A stretch of 64,000 nt of DNA from an uncultured Candidatus Saccharibacteria bacterium (GCA_964403205.1 CAYOER010000002.1:4259-68258); one strand, 5' to 3'. Numbered from the stretch's first letter, positions 1 to 9,197 are shown. Program-made: numbers and translations. The notes: generated by a model not told the origin, from the sequence alone.

Positions 1-572
1 GTATCACCCTGTTTCGGTGGCTTGGTCATATTCTCACTCTGCATTCTACCTCTTGCATCTACTTCTATTATCCTAGAACCATTCTGTCCTCCTAAGATTT
101 TATTAAAATATTTTTCAATTCCATCTATACCTTGGAAATCTTCTCTATAATAGAATCCCGCACTATCTTTCGAAGGATATTGTACATAACCTAGAATATG
201 AGAAAGTCCTGGTAAATCTATATATTTCCTAATAGGAAATTCTCCGGTACCCGGTTCATTCCAGATTAACTCTACACCATTCCTATCATATACTACTCCC
301 CTAGAGGCAAAGAGTGGTGTACTTCGTAATCTATTATTCTCACTTTTTATAGAATATACTTCACCATCTTTTATTTGTAGAATCCAAGTCTTCACTGTAT
401 ATGTTCCAACTATAAGTATAAAAAAAGAAAATAAAACAATCATACTCAATTTCGAAATCGGTTTATCTAGACGACCTTCGAATTGATTCGTATCATAATT
501 CGGCAAATTCCTAGAATCAATGAAAATTTCATCTGGATCTATTTCTTTATTAAATTTTATTTTATTACTCAT
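1..572 (-). CDS. mrdA: Penicillin-binding protein 2 (transpeptidase), N-terminal 190 aa only; the gene continues beyond the window edge
   Basis: Minus-strand translation from the ATG at 572 reads MSNKIKFNKEI...ASRGVVYDRNGVELIWNEP, the PBP2 N-terminal dimerisation-domain pattern. It sits immediately downstream of mreBCD with a 4-nt overlap (ATGAGTAA) with the mreD stop. Confidence 0.55.
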   Translation of the reverse strand, partial: MSNKIKFNKEIDPDEIFIDSRNLPNYDTNQFEGRLDKPISKLSMIVLFSFFILIVGTYTVKTWILQIKDGEVYSIKSENNRLRSTPLFASRGVVYDRNGVELIWNEPGTGEFPIRKYIDLPGLSHILGYVQYPSKDSAGFYYREDFQGIDGIEKYFNKILGGQNGSRIIEVDARGRMQSENMTKPPKQGD

Positions 573-840
573 AGACTATTAGATGTTTTCTAAAAAATAA
601 AGATGCAATCAAAAATAAAATACTAGCAATACTGAATATATATGGAATATGCCAAAACATATCTAATGGTATACCATATAGGGCATCATACATAATCCCC
701 CACAAGATAATCTCATAATATTTCGGTATAATAAAAACTAGAATAATAGATATAATCAATGGCAAATACCAGAATCCCCATAATATAGTAGAGAAAACTA
801 TTATTCCTAATAAAACTCTTATTTTCGTATTATTAACCAT
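565..840 (-). CDS. mreD: Small polytopic membrane protein at the MreD position of the operon
   Basis: 91 aa, multiple hydrophobic helices, located between mreC and pbp2 as in canonical mreBCD-mrdA operons. Confidence 0.4.
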   Translation of the reverse strand: MVNNTKIRVLLGIIVFSTILWGFWYLPLIISIILVFIIPKYYEIILWGIMYDALYGIPLDMFWHIPYIFSIASILFLIASLFFRKHLIVYE

Positions 841-1619
841 TTTAATTCATAAATATTTATCGGTTGTTTTATAAAAATCTTTTCAAATGGTTTAGACGGT
901 TCTTCTGATATTTCATATACTTTACCTGCAAAAGAATCCACCATATCAGGAACAGAGACAATATCTCCTATAGTAACTTCTGTATCTCTTGGTAATTCTG
1001 CAAAGAATATTCCCCCTCCCATACCATACGCTATTGTCTCTATATTATTATTACCGACAAATACATTGAACTTTTCTCCATAGGAAGAATAGAGCTTTAT
1101 CTTCGATGTATATATTCCAACTTCTACTATTTCACCTAGTATAATATCGCCTAGAGCATAGACTTTATCTCCATTCTCAATACCATGACTTCCACCTATG
1201 TCTATTATTATAGTGTCATAAGCAGAAAAAGGCGGTTTCTTTATTATTTTTGCTAAGATAGAATTATCACTCTGATTTCTTCCCATTATTTCTTTCAAAT
1301 GCTTATTCTCTTCTTGTATAAAATCTAGAAAATAATATTTAGACTCATTTTCTTCTATTTTCTTTTTTAATTCTTCATTTTCTTTTATTAAATTAGATAC
1401 CGATACGAATTCTTCACCATTTTTCACTATTCTCGGTATATTCCAGAATGGTCTAGCAACTATAGCAAAAACTGATGGCAGAAATCTCGGAAATAGAAAA
1501 TATACAATAGATAAAAGTATAGAAACTAATAAAATTATTTTTATTGGTTTTGATAATAATCCATAACGATGATCATTATTTATTTTGTCGTATTTCATCT
1601 TCGTTTTGTATGAGAACAT
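819..1619 (-). CDS. mreC: Rod shape-determining protein MreC
   Basis: N-terminal TM anchor, coiled-coil segment (ENEELKKKIEENESKYY) and a C-terminal beta-rich domain. It overlaps mreB upstream. Confidence 0.55.
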   Translation of the reverse strand: MFSYKTKMKYDKINNDHRYGLLSKPIKIILLVSILLSIVYFLFPRFLPSVFAIVARPFWNIPRIVKNGEEFVSVSNLIKENEELKKKIEENESKYYFLDFIQEENKHLKEIMGRNQSDNSILAKIIKKPPFSAYDTIIIDIGGSHGIENGDKVYALGDIILGEIVEVGIYTSKIKLYSSYGEKFNVFVGNNNIETIAYGMGGGIFFAELPRDTEVTIGDIVSVPDMVDSFAGKVYEISEEPSKPFEKIFIKQPINIYELKWLIIRK

Positions 1620-2676
1620 CCTGATACTTCTCTAGATCATCTAGTATTATACCTGTGCCACGCGCTATGGCTGTCATAGGATCTGGAGCTATATATACTG
1701 GTATTTGCAATGCTTTCTCAAGTAATACATCTAATCCCTTTATGAGTGCCCCACCGCCTACTAGATGTATTCCCCTTCTCATAACATCAGAGAGTATCTC
1801 TGGTGGTGTAGTTTCTAGAACTTCTTTTGAAGATTCTACTAATATATCTATAGAGCTTGCCATGGCCTCTCTCACATCTGAATCTGTGATGATTACTTCT
1901 CTAGGTAAACCAGTGATGAGATCCCTGCCTCGTATTGTGGTTTCCAATGATTCTCCTGGAACTACCGCACCAGCTGCTATCTTTATATATTCTGCTGTCT
2001 TTTCTCCGATAAGAATCTTGAATTCATTCCTGATATAGGACATTATATCATTATTGAGCTTGTCTCCAGCTATCTTTATATTTTTTGATTTTACTATTCC
2101 TGACATTGATATTATAGCGATATCTGTAGTGCCACCTCCGATATCTATTATCATATTACCTATTGGCTCTTCGATCGGTAATCGTATACCGATAGCTCCT
2201 GCCATCGGTTGTTCTACTATATATACTTCTCTCGCTCCGGCATTCCTCGTAGCATCTCTCACTGCTCGTATCTCTACATTTGTAACTCCAGATGGTACAC
2301 CGACTACTACCCTAGGACCCAATATCTTTTTAGAATATTGTTCTGCCTTTTTTATAAGATAGGCTATCATCTCTTCTGTAACTTCAAAATCAGAAATAAC
2401 TCCATCTACTAATGGTCGCACCGCTACTATATGTGCTGGTGTACGTCCTAGCATATTCTTGGCCTCGGTGCCGAGCGCCACTACTCTACCTGTTTTCTGA
2501 TTTACCGCTACTACAGAGGGTTCATTTACCACTATTCCCCTACCACGTAGATATACGAGGGTATTGGCAGTACCTAGATCTATACCTAGATCATTGGATA
2601 GAAACCCATATATCTTTTCTTTGAATTTCTTTATGGAATTATTGTTGGAATTAGAGTTTGGCATATTTATAGCCAT
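1576..2676 (-). CDS. mreB: Rod shape-determining actin homolog MreB
   Basis: GIDLGTANTLVY phosphate-1 motif, DIGGGTTDIA, VGGGALIKGLD. Full-length actin-like ATPase. Confidence 0.9.
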   Translation of the reverse strand: MAINMPNSNSNNNSIKKFKEKIYGFLSNDLGIDLGTANTLVYLRGRGIVVNEPSVVAVNQKTGRVVALGTEAKNMLGRTPAHIVAVRPLVDGVISDFEVTEEMIAYLIKKAEQYSKKILGPRVVVGVPSGVTNVEIRAVRDATRNAGAREVYIVEQPMAGAIGIRLPIEEPIGNMIIDIGGGTTDIAIISMSGIVKSKNIKIAGDKLNNDIMSYIRNEFKILIGEKTAEYIKIAAGAVVPGESLETTIRGRDLITGLPREVIITDSDVREAMASSIDILVESSKEVLETTPPEILSDVMRRGIHLVGGGALIKGLDVLLEKALQIPVYIAPDPMTAIARGTGIILDDLEKYQDVLIQNEDEIRQNK

Positions 2677-2840
2677 ACATTACCATATTTCTCTATAATA
2701 GTGCTATTTCCAAAAGTGATTTGGTGTTTTGTATTGTTTAAAAAATGTATTGACAATAGGGAGAGGTTTGGTAATATATTAGTATTCTCCGGCATAGACA
2801 AGCCAAGTAGGTTGCGACCTACATAGTTAGAAAGAGGCGA

Positions 2841-3242
2841 TCAGCTTAATATAAAAGCTACGGTCGCTTTTTTCAATTTATTATGTAGATAATCTGAAGT
2901 AATACCAATGTTTTTAACTAACCTTTTTTTATCAAAGACTTTTACCTGTAAAATTAATGCAGTATGAAACTCATAATCAAAATAGAATGATAAATGTGCA
3001 ATATCTTCTCTTAATTGAGTTGTTAATGGAATACCGATAAATGTCTTAGAGTTAATTTTCTTTAGAATATAAACCGGCCTAGTAAACATTTCCCCTTTAC
3101 CATCATTTTCAGCTCCTACATTAACACCCGTACTACACCACCAAATCTCCTTATCAGAAAAGGAAATCTTTAAACTGACATTCTCAAGTTTCTTCTTTAC
3201 ACTATTCCAATTATCGAAATCTTTCTTGTATGACATAACCAT
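2841..3242 (-). CDS. MazF/PemK-family endoribonuclease toxin-like protein with no adjacent antitoxin ORF
   Basis: GAENDGKGEMFTRPVYILK...IGIPLTTQ resembles the MazF GSEQxGxRPxLVLS...CVPxTTQ core motifs. Confidence 0.45.
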   Translation of the reverse strand: MVMSYKKDFDNWNSVKKKLENVSLKISFSDKEIWWCSTGVNVGAENDGKGEMFTRPVYILKKINSKTFIGIPLTTQLREDIAHLSFYFDYEFHTALILQVKVFDKKRLVKNIGITSDYLHNKLKKATVAFILS

Positions 3243-3256
3243 ACCTTATCAGATTA

Positions 3257-3338
3257 GTGATAAAGAAATAATAAAAAAATAATAAAATTTCGATAAAATT
3301 CCTAGTTGTACAATAGAAATTAGATTATTTCAAGAGAG
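3257..3338. repeat. Copy 1 of an 82-bp direct repeat (about 94% identical to 8590..8670), immediately upstream of the MazF-like gene
   Basis: gtgataaagaaataataaaaaaataataaaatttcgataaaattcctagttgtacaatagaaattagattatttcaagaga matches 8590..8670 with about 5 differences. Confidence 0.8.
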
Positions 3339-3395
3339 AAAGTGGGGGGGGTTAGTTACTATTGTTGTATATTGTGAAGTTGGGATTTTTATTGA

Positions 3396-4151
3396 TTACT
3401 GATTAAGAGTTTGGTCTTTATTCCTATTTCTTCTCCAAACTATTATTGCTGTAACTATTATTATTAATGCAATTGCGATAGCAAAGTATAACCAGAATTT
3501 AATACCATTATCTGTATCCCCAACTGCTGCTGTTAATTGATTATCTGTAGTATTTACTACTTCTGATTCTGTATCTGATATTTCATTTATTATTTCTTCT
3601 TTTGTAGTTGTAGCTATGACTGGTGTTTCAGCCGGTACAGTAGATGTAGGTGGAGGTACAATAACCTTTTTTACTAATGGATTGATCGTAAGAATTATAG
3701 TCTGTGATCCACTATTTTTATTTAGATTATCTTTATCTAGAATATTTGAAGTACTATTTAAGACGATACTTGCAGTTCCAGCTTTTTTTGCTTTTAGAGT
3801 GATTCTTCCAAATGCAGTAGTAGAATTGAAGCCCCCTGGATATCCACCTGTTTTTATCAATACTCCATTTATATTATCTATAGAATCATAACCAGCTTGT
3901 TTCAAAGGCATCCATGCATCATTCATAGTGAATGATTGTATTGATAATAGATCAGAAGGAATATTCATATTTAGAGAAACTGTATAGATAGTGACTCCAT
4001 TTGGATTCACAGATACTGGAATAGTTATAATATCTCCTACTGTATATGATAATTTTGTTGGAGATAATGTAAAATTAGCTGCAAAAATAGTATTCGGAAA
4101 TATTGTTATTATACCTAGGAAAATTGTTGTAATTATTATCTTTATTTTCAT
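3396..4151 (-). CDS. Secreted, C-terminally membrane-anchored protein with a cohesin-like beta-sandwich domain
   Basis: Signal peptide, cohesin-like spacing of conserved hydrophobic/Gly positions (FTLSP..VGD..IPV.V...GV....L...), Thr/Pro-rich linker and a C-terminal TM helix with a basic tail. Confidence 0.4.
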   Translation of the reverse strand: MKIKIIITTIFLGIITIFPNTIFAANFTLSPTKLSYTVGDIITIPVSVNPNGVTIYTVSLNMNIPSDLLSIQSFTMNDAWMPLKQAGYDSIDNINGVLIKTGGYPGGFNSTTAFGRITLKAKKAGTASIVLNSTSNILDKDNLNKNSGSQTIILTINPLVKKVIVPPPTSTVPAETPVIATTTKEEIINEISDTESEVVNTTDNQLTAAVGDTDNGIKFWLYFAIAIALIIIVTAIIVWRRNRNKDQTLNQ

Positions 4152-4161
4152 ATTATTTTAA

Positions 4162-4794
4162 TTATCTTGTCCAATTAATCATCAGCATATTGAAATCTAG
4201 AATATCAACTCTATCATTCTTATCTAAATCTCCTTTAATATTTGTTCCAGTTTTCCCCCAATCAATCATAACAATATTAAAATCAAATACATCTATTTTA
4301 TTGTCTCCAGTAATATCCGCAGAATTTGTGTTTGTATTAGTGTTGTTGGATGATGAACCACCGCTACTACTACCTCCTCCACTGCCACCTCCTCCACTAC
4401 CAGTATTGGGGGTGGGGGAAGGAACTGTGAATGTTCCAGGTACTATCAGATTAAGATTTGTAGATGAACCATTTACAAATATGGCTGTTTCTCCACTATC
4501 TATTCCGTTTACAAGAAAATTTATAGTCTTACCGTTATTATCTCCATTTTCATCCAAAACAAAGAGAAGTACTGGAAAATAACCATAATTTCCATTATTA
4601 ATAGCTGATTGAGCTTTTACAATACCATTTATTTTGGCCTCTACTATTATTCCATTAGCTGGTACGGAATTATCTTCTGCTTTTACTGTACCGTAGAATT
4701 TATGCGGAATACCAGGACTAGCACCTAATACTAATGATGGTGTAGAGAATAAAAGTATGCAAGAAATTAGAATAATTTTTATATATCTTTTCAT
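4162..4794 (-). CDS. Secreted protein with a C-terminal dockerin (two Ca-binding repeats) after a Gly/Ser linker
   Basis: Signal peptide. DITGDNKIDVFDFNIVMIDW and DLDKNDRVDILDFNMLMINW are a duplicated dockerin type-I-like EF-hand segment. GSGGGGSGGGSSSGGSSS linker. Confidence 0.55.
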   Translation of the reverse strand: MKRYIKIILISCILLFSTPSLVLGASPGIPHKFYGTVKAEDNSVPANGIIVEAKINGIVKAQSAINNGNYGYFPVLLFVLDENGDNNGKTINFLVNGIDSGETAIFVNGSSTNLNLIVPGTFTVPSPTPNTGSGGGGSGGGSSSGGSSSNNTNTNTNSADITGDNKIDVFDFNIVMIDWGKTGTNIKGDLDKNDRVDILDFNMLMINWTR

Positions 4795-4818
4795 TTCAGT
4801 TAATTAAGATAATTCAGG

Positions 4819-7656
4819 TTAATTATTGCTTGGCGTATATTCCTTTTCCTGTGGAAGAGAGATCCAGAATCCTTCACCAGGAAGAATAGTGTCATTTAGA
4901 CTTACATTCTTGAATGTTCCACCATCATTCTGGAATCCCCATAGTGCAGAATAACTTCCACCGAGACTTGCAAATGCATCATTTGGAGTACTAGAATTTT
5001 CTTCTTGAAGTTGATAATAACCTATTAGATTCCAACCTGACCCCAATGTTCTACTTGCTGGTAGATTAGGACCTACAGAAAGTAATGTTCCTAAACCTGA
5101 AATAGATGAATCATTATTTGCATTTATCCAATATCCATAACCGGATTTCATAGAGCTTAGATTATTTGTAGCTTCAGGATCATTTGGAGAATATGTTAAC
5201 CAGCCATTTATTGAATTTGGATTTGAAGGATCATATGTCCATACTGTATCTATACTATCCTTTGCATTACCTAGAACATCTACAATATCAGAATCAAGAG
5301 GAGTTACTGGTAATGATATTAGATTCCATGAATTATTTTCTGAATGATATAGTGGAATATTATAAGTAGTTATTGTGGTGAAATCTATTTCATTATGAGT
5401 AGAATTCATAGTATTCCCTGCTAGATCAGTTATTCCAGAAATAGATACGGAATATTCTGTATTACTTGATAGATTATTATTTGGAATTATAGTTATTACA
5501 TTTGTACCAGAATCTGCAACTGTGAAATCTGTAAATGATGGATTAAATGTAATATTGCTATTATTTACATTAACAGCCTCATCAAATGTAAGGGTTATAT
5601 AATTTTTCAAAGCAATATCTAGAGCTCCAACAGATGGAAGATATGATGATATTGTTGGTGAAGTTGTATCTACTACAATATTTCCACTAGCATTACCAAT
5701 ATTTCCTGCTATATCAGTACTTGAAACAGATATAGTATACGGATTATCAGAAAGAGTATCAGTTGTTTTTGACCATACTCCATTCTCTGGTTCAACTGTA
5801 TAATCATTTTCATTTATAGTAACTACAATATCTGAAGTATTATCATCTGTAGTACCTGTAATTGTTGGTGTATTGTCATTTGTTAGAGAAGTAGAGGTGA
5901 TGGAGAGGGAGGGAGCAGTAATATCAGTAATTACTACTACTTGTTCAGCTGTTGCAGAATTTCCAGAAGCATCTGTAGCTGTCCATATTACAGTAGTAGT
6001 ACCTAATGGAAATAGAGATGGGGCATCATTTGTTACTTCAGGTGATGAGTCTCCTATATCTGAAACAATTGGACTACCAAGGATAACAGACGTTGAAAGT
6101 GTATTATTCATATCTTGAACAATATTCTCTGGAGCAGTAATAGTAGGATCTGTAGTATCTATAACATTTACTATTCTAGTAGACGATACAGCTATATTAC
6201 CCGCTAAATCTGAAACATTATAAGTTACAGTATATACTCCGACAACTGATGTATTTACTGTACTATCTATTGTAATAGATAATGTAATATCTCCATCAAC
6301 AATATCTGAAGCTGTTGCACCCTGATCTGTATATGTATCACCAACTTCCATTGTAATTGTAGTAGTAGAAATTCCACCTATTACATTAATGATCGGAGCT
6401 GTGGTATCCTCTACTGTTACTGTAAATTCTAAAGTATTTTGATTTTCTAAGGAATCCGTAGCACTACATATAACTGGAGTTGTACCAATACTAAATAGTG
6501 AATCATTTGTTGGAGTACAATCAACATCTACATTTCCATCTACCAAATCTGTAGCTGTAGGATTTGTATAATTAACTGTGGCTCCAGATGCTGAGGTGGC
6601 CTCAACTGTTAGATTTTCATGAGAGGAGATGGTTGGTGGTGTACTGTCTATAATTTCTATTTGTGAAGTTACTGTGGAACTGTTTCTAGAAGCATCTGTA
6701 GCTGTCCAAGTAACTGTATGTGTCCCAACATTAAAGGTATGTGGTTCATAGGATATTGTCGGATTTGAATCTACAGTATCTACTGCTGTAGCTTGTACTA
6801 AGGTAGGTTCAGTTGAAGCACCTGTAGCTTGAAAAGATTGTGGTTCTATAGGAGCAGTAATAACTGGATCAGTGGTATCTACTACATTTACTGTTCTAAT
6901 AACTGGAATGGCATTATTATTTGCTAAATCTGAAACATTGTAAGTTACAGTATATACTCCGACAACTGATGTATTTACTGTACTATCTATTGTTATAGAT
7001 GATGTAATATCTCCATCAGCTAAATCCAAAGCCGTAGCTCCATCATCAATATAATTAGAACCAAATTCAACATTAACAGAATTTTGACCAATTAATGTTA
7101 TCTCTGGAGCTATTTTATCAATATTACTTATAGTTACAGTTTCGGTTGTAGAATTACCAGATTCATCTGTAGCAGTAAAATTAAAACTTCCATTTTCAAC
7201 AAAAGTATGGGAATCAAAATCTAATGTACCCTCATTAGTTATAACGGTTACAGTGATATCTTGATTTGTTGGAGTAGTTGAATCAAATGGATTTACAGTA
7301 ATAGTTGGAAAAATCTTGTCTACTGTAAAACTTATACTCGTTGTAGTGCTAGCTATCCCATCTACTGATGATTGAATTGCAAAAGTATGAACACCATCAG
7401 AAAGATTTGTTAAATTATGTGGAGATGAACAATCAGCATATGAATCAAGATTTAATTTACACTGTACAAAATTATCACTGACTGTAAAATCTACACTAAC
7501 AGTATTTGTATTTATAAAAGAATTATTCGCTGGGCTATTTATTATAGCAACTTCTGCCCTAGCAACATTAGCAAAAGAAACAGTTGCACTGAAGATAAGT
7601 GCCATTGCTATAAAAGTATATATAGCAATATTAGGAAACGATAGTTTATTTTTCAT
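4819..7656 (-). CDS. 945-aa secreted cell-surface protein with tandem Ig-like (DUF5011/HYR-like) domains
   Basis: Signal peptide. Duplicated module DGDIT.SITIDSTVNTSVVGVYTVTYNVSDLA.N...DTTDP.ITAP. Near-identical 120-bp intragenic DNA repeats (6181-6300 vs 6901-7020). Thr/Ser-rich throughout. Confidence 0.6.
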   Translation of the reverse strand: MKNKLSFPNIAIYTFIAMALIFSATVSFANVARAEVAIINSPANNSFINTNTVSVDFTVSDNFVQCKLNLDSYADCSSPHNLTNLSDGVHTFAIQSSVDGIASTTTSISFTVDKIFPTITVNPFDSTTPTNQDITVTVITNEGTLDFDSHTFVENGSFNFTATDESGNSTTETVTISNIDKIAPEITLIGQNSVNVEFGSNYIDDGATALDLADGDITSSITIDSTVNTSVVGVYTVTYNVSDLANNNAIPVIRTVNVVDTTDPVITAPIEPQSFQATGASTEPTLVQATAVDTVDSNPTISYEPHTFNVGTHTVTWTATDASRNSSTVTSQIEIIDSTPPTISSHENLTVEATSASGATVNYTNPTATDLVDGNVDVDCTPTNDSLFSIGTTPVICSATDSLENQNTLEFTVTVEDTTAPIINVIGGISTTTITMEVGDTYTDQGATASDIVDGDITLSITIDSTVNTSVVGVYTVTYNVSDLAGNIAVSSTRIVNVIDTTDPTITAPENIVQDMNNTLSTSVILGSPIVSDIGDSSPEVTNDAPSLFPLGTTTVIWTATDASGNSATAEQVVVITDITAPSLSITSTSLTNDNTPTITGTTDDNTSDIVVTINENDYTVEPENGVWSKTTDTLSDNPYTISVSSTDIAGNIGNASGNIVVDTTSPTISSYLPSVGALDIALKNYITLTFDEAVNVNNSNITFNPSFTDFTVADSGTNVITIIPNNNLSSNTEYSVSISGITDLAGNTMNSTHNEIDFTTITTYNIPLYHSENNSWNLISLPVTPLDSDIVDVLGNAKDSIDTVWTYDPSNPNSINGWLTYSPNDPEATNNLSSMKSGYGYWINANNDSSISGLGTLLSVGPNLPASRTLGSGWNLIGYYQLQEENSSTPNDAFASLGGSYSALWGFQNDGGTFKNVSLNDTILPGEGFWISLPQEKEYTPSNN

Positions 7657-7710
7657 TTATTTATTAAATAATTAATTATTAAATAGTAATAAGCTCTGTG
7701 AATAGATGCT

Positions 7711-7726
7711 AACTATAGTTAGCGAC
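7711..7726. promoter_or_regulatory. Perfect 16-bp palindrome gctaactatagttagc in the divergent intergenic region, with a partial second copy at 7797-7810. Putative operator for the XRE regulator
   Basis: Direct reading. It lies between the start of the 945-aa surface protein gene (7656, minus) and the XRE gene (7845, plus). Confidence 0.4.
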
Positions 7727-7844
7727 TATATACAGCAATATACTCTTCAATATCAATAATATCAAGTCAATCTGTGGATAAGAGGTGGAAAAGTGCTAAC
7801 TATAGTATGTAGAACTAATAGTATCAAAATACTACACTTTCCTT

Positions 7845-8063
7845 GTGAAAGATAAAACATATACACTTCTAAAGTTCGGAAGAAGGATACGCGAAGAAAG
7901 ATTGAAGAAAGGAATATCACAAGAAAGACTTGGTGAAATAGCTAGGGTACATAGAACCTATATCGGAATGATAGAAAGAGGTGAGAAGAATATTACCCTT
8001 TTAAATATGGAGAAGCTCGCCATGGCATTAGATCTAGAATTAAGTAAATTGATTGAAAATTGA
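7845..8063 (+). CDS. XRE-family helix-turn-helix transcriptional regulator
   Basis: SQERLGEIARVHRTYIGMIERGEKNITLLNMEKLAMAL is a canonical Cro/C1-type HTH. Confidence 0.75.
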   Translation: MKDKTYTLLKFGRRIREERLKKGISQERLGEIARVHRTYIGMIERGEKNITLLNMEKLAMALDLELSKLIEN

Positions 8064-8098
8064 GTTTTTTGGTTGGGGTTTTGTATTGTTGGGGAAGA

Positions 8099-8332
8099 TT
8101 AAACTTTAGTACGTATGTCTGATATTAAATTTACAGGAATTCCATTTCTTATATTTTTCTCTAATTCTTTGCTTTGTATAGATGATGCATCAAGTAACTC
8201 TATACCTAAAACATCCCCTTTTGAAGAAACATCAACAAATAATCTATCTTTAACTTTCAATGTTTTAGAAACCTTACCATCTTTGATAGTAAAGTATATT
8301 GCATCTGCTACTTTGTCATAGTCTATTTTCAT
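8099..8332 (-). CDS. DUF2283-family putative antitoxin
   Basis: MKIDYDKVADAIYFTIKDGKVSKT... matches the DUF2283 N-terminal signature (MKIxYDxEADALYI). It is paired with a DUF4258 gene upstream. Confidence 0.5.
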   Translation of the reverse strand: MKIDYDKVADAIYFTIKDGKVSKTLKVKDRLFVDVSSKGDVLGIELLDASSIQSKELEKNIRNGIPVNLISDIRTKV

Positions 8333-8338
8333 ATTTTA

Positions 8339-8569
8339 TTATATATAATAAGCAGTTATAATCAGATATTCTTCATATTTATCCCTGAATGCTTCCCTAC
8401 AATATATCACCTCTATTTCCTTTTGACCAATCTTCTTTCTTACTCTGATTCTAGCCTCGAAAGCTGTTTCCTTATAATCTGGATTATTAATTGCACTCTT
8501 TACATGCTCTATATCTATATTACGATACGATATCATATCTTGAGAATGTCTAGTTAATTTTAATTTCAT
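8339..8569 (-). CDS. DUF4258-family putative toxin
   Basis: 76 aa in the known DUF4258/DUF2283 two-gene arrangement. A copy of the 82-bp repeat lies immediately upstream. Confidence 0.45.
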   Translation of the reverse strand: MKLKLTRHSQDMISYRNIDIEHVKSAINNPDYKETAFEARIRVRKKIGQKEIEVIYCREAFRDKYEEYLIITAYYI

Positions 8570-8589
8570 TCACCTAAAATAGCATAGGG

Positions 8590-8670
8590 GTGATAAAGAA
8601 ATAATAAAAAAATAATAAAATTTTGATAAAATTTCTAGTTGGACAATAGAATTCAGATTATTTCAAGAGA
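8590..8670. repeat. Copy 2 of the 82-bp direct repeat
   Basis: See 3257..3338. Confidence 0.8.
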
Positions 8671-8834
8671 AAATAGAATCCTAAAGTCTCTTGAAATTCC
8701 CACCAGAAACAATAGATCTCTTTAATCTCTTCTCTAATTTCAGTTGACTACAGATTGTAGATAACTCAACCATAGACAATCTGTCGATAATTCATATATT
8801 ACAAAGGGGGGTGGCAATTTGCCCCCATCCTTTT

Positions 8835-9197
8835 ATCTCAACTGGTGACGTTTTGTCACCAGTTCACTTCATTAATCTTTTAATTGTTTTTTATTTGGCA
8901 AATAATTATTCCCAGTTATAACCGACTTGCCTGTTTTCTCTTCAAGAGCCTTTCTCGCGTCTTTGGCAAACGGACTGTAATTTCAGTTTGTCACATTTTG
9001 TGACAGACTCACTTCCCTCATTTTTAAGCCTGTTTTTTAGGGTCGTCCAATAACTTTAAGCTTTTTTGAAATCAACCTGCTCTGTCAGAGCTGCCACAAT
9101 ATCAATGACTGAAAAATACCAAGTTTCTGTTTTCTCATCAAAGTACCGACGAATTTTGTGAATTTCGAAAATAGCAAATGAAGTATTATTTTTCATA
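8835..9197 (-). pseudogene. Degraded remnant of a DinD/Bro-N-like (RhuM-type) gene: 46-codon N-terminal fragment, in-frame stop, then frame loss, plus a second shorter degenerate copy
   Basis: Minus-strand MKNNTSFAIFEIHKIRRYFDEKTETWYFSVIDIVAALTEQVDFKKA*SYWTTLKNRLKNEGSESVTKCDKLKLQS matches the N-terminal pattern of this family (IR..WD.E...WYFSV.D.V..LT......YW..LK.RLK.EG.E.VT.C..LK) but is interrupted. A second copy of the ...VTKxxxL segment at 8841-8870 carries the same inverted repeat (ctggtgacgttttgtcaccag vs tgtcacattttgtgaca). Confidence 0.4.

Noticed and set aside
1655-2624. Plus-strand ORFs antisense to mreB (1655..2038, 2054..2362, 2209..2412, 2412..2624) and many similar 60-100-aa antisense ORFs throughout (e.g. 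3616..3891, 4190..4582, 5873..6118, 22073..22342)
   Set aside because: They are antisense to well-supported genes and have biased, low-complexity composition with no motifs. Typical shadow ORFs.
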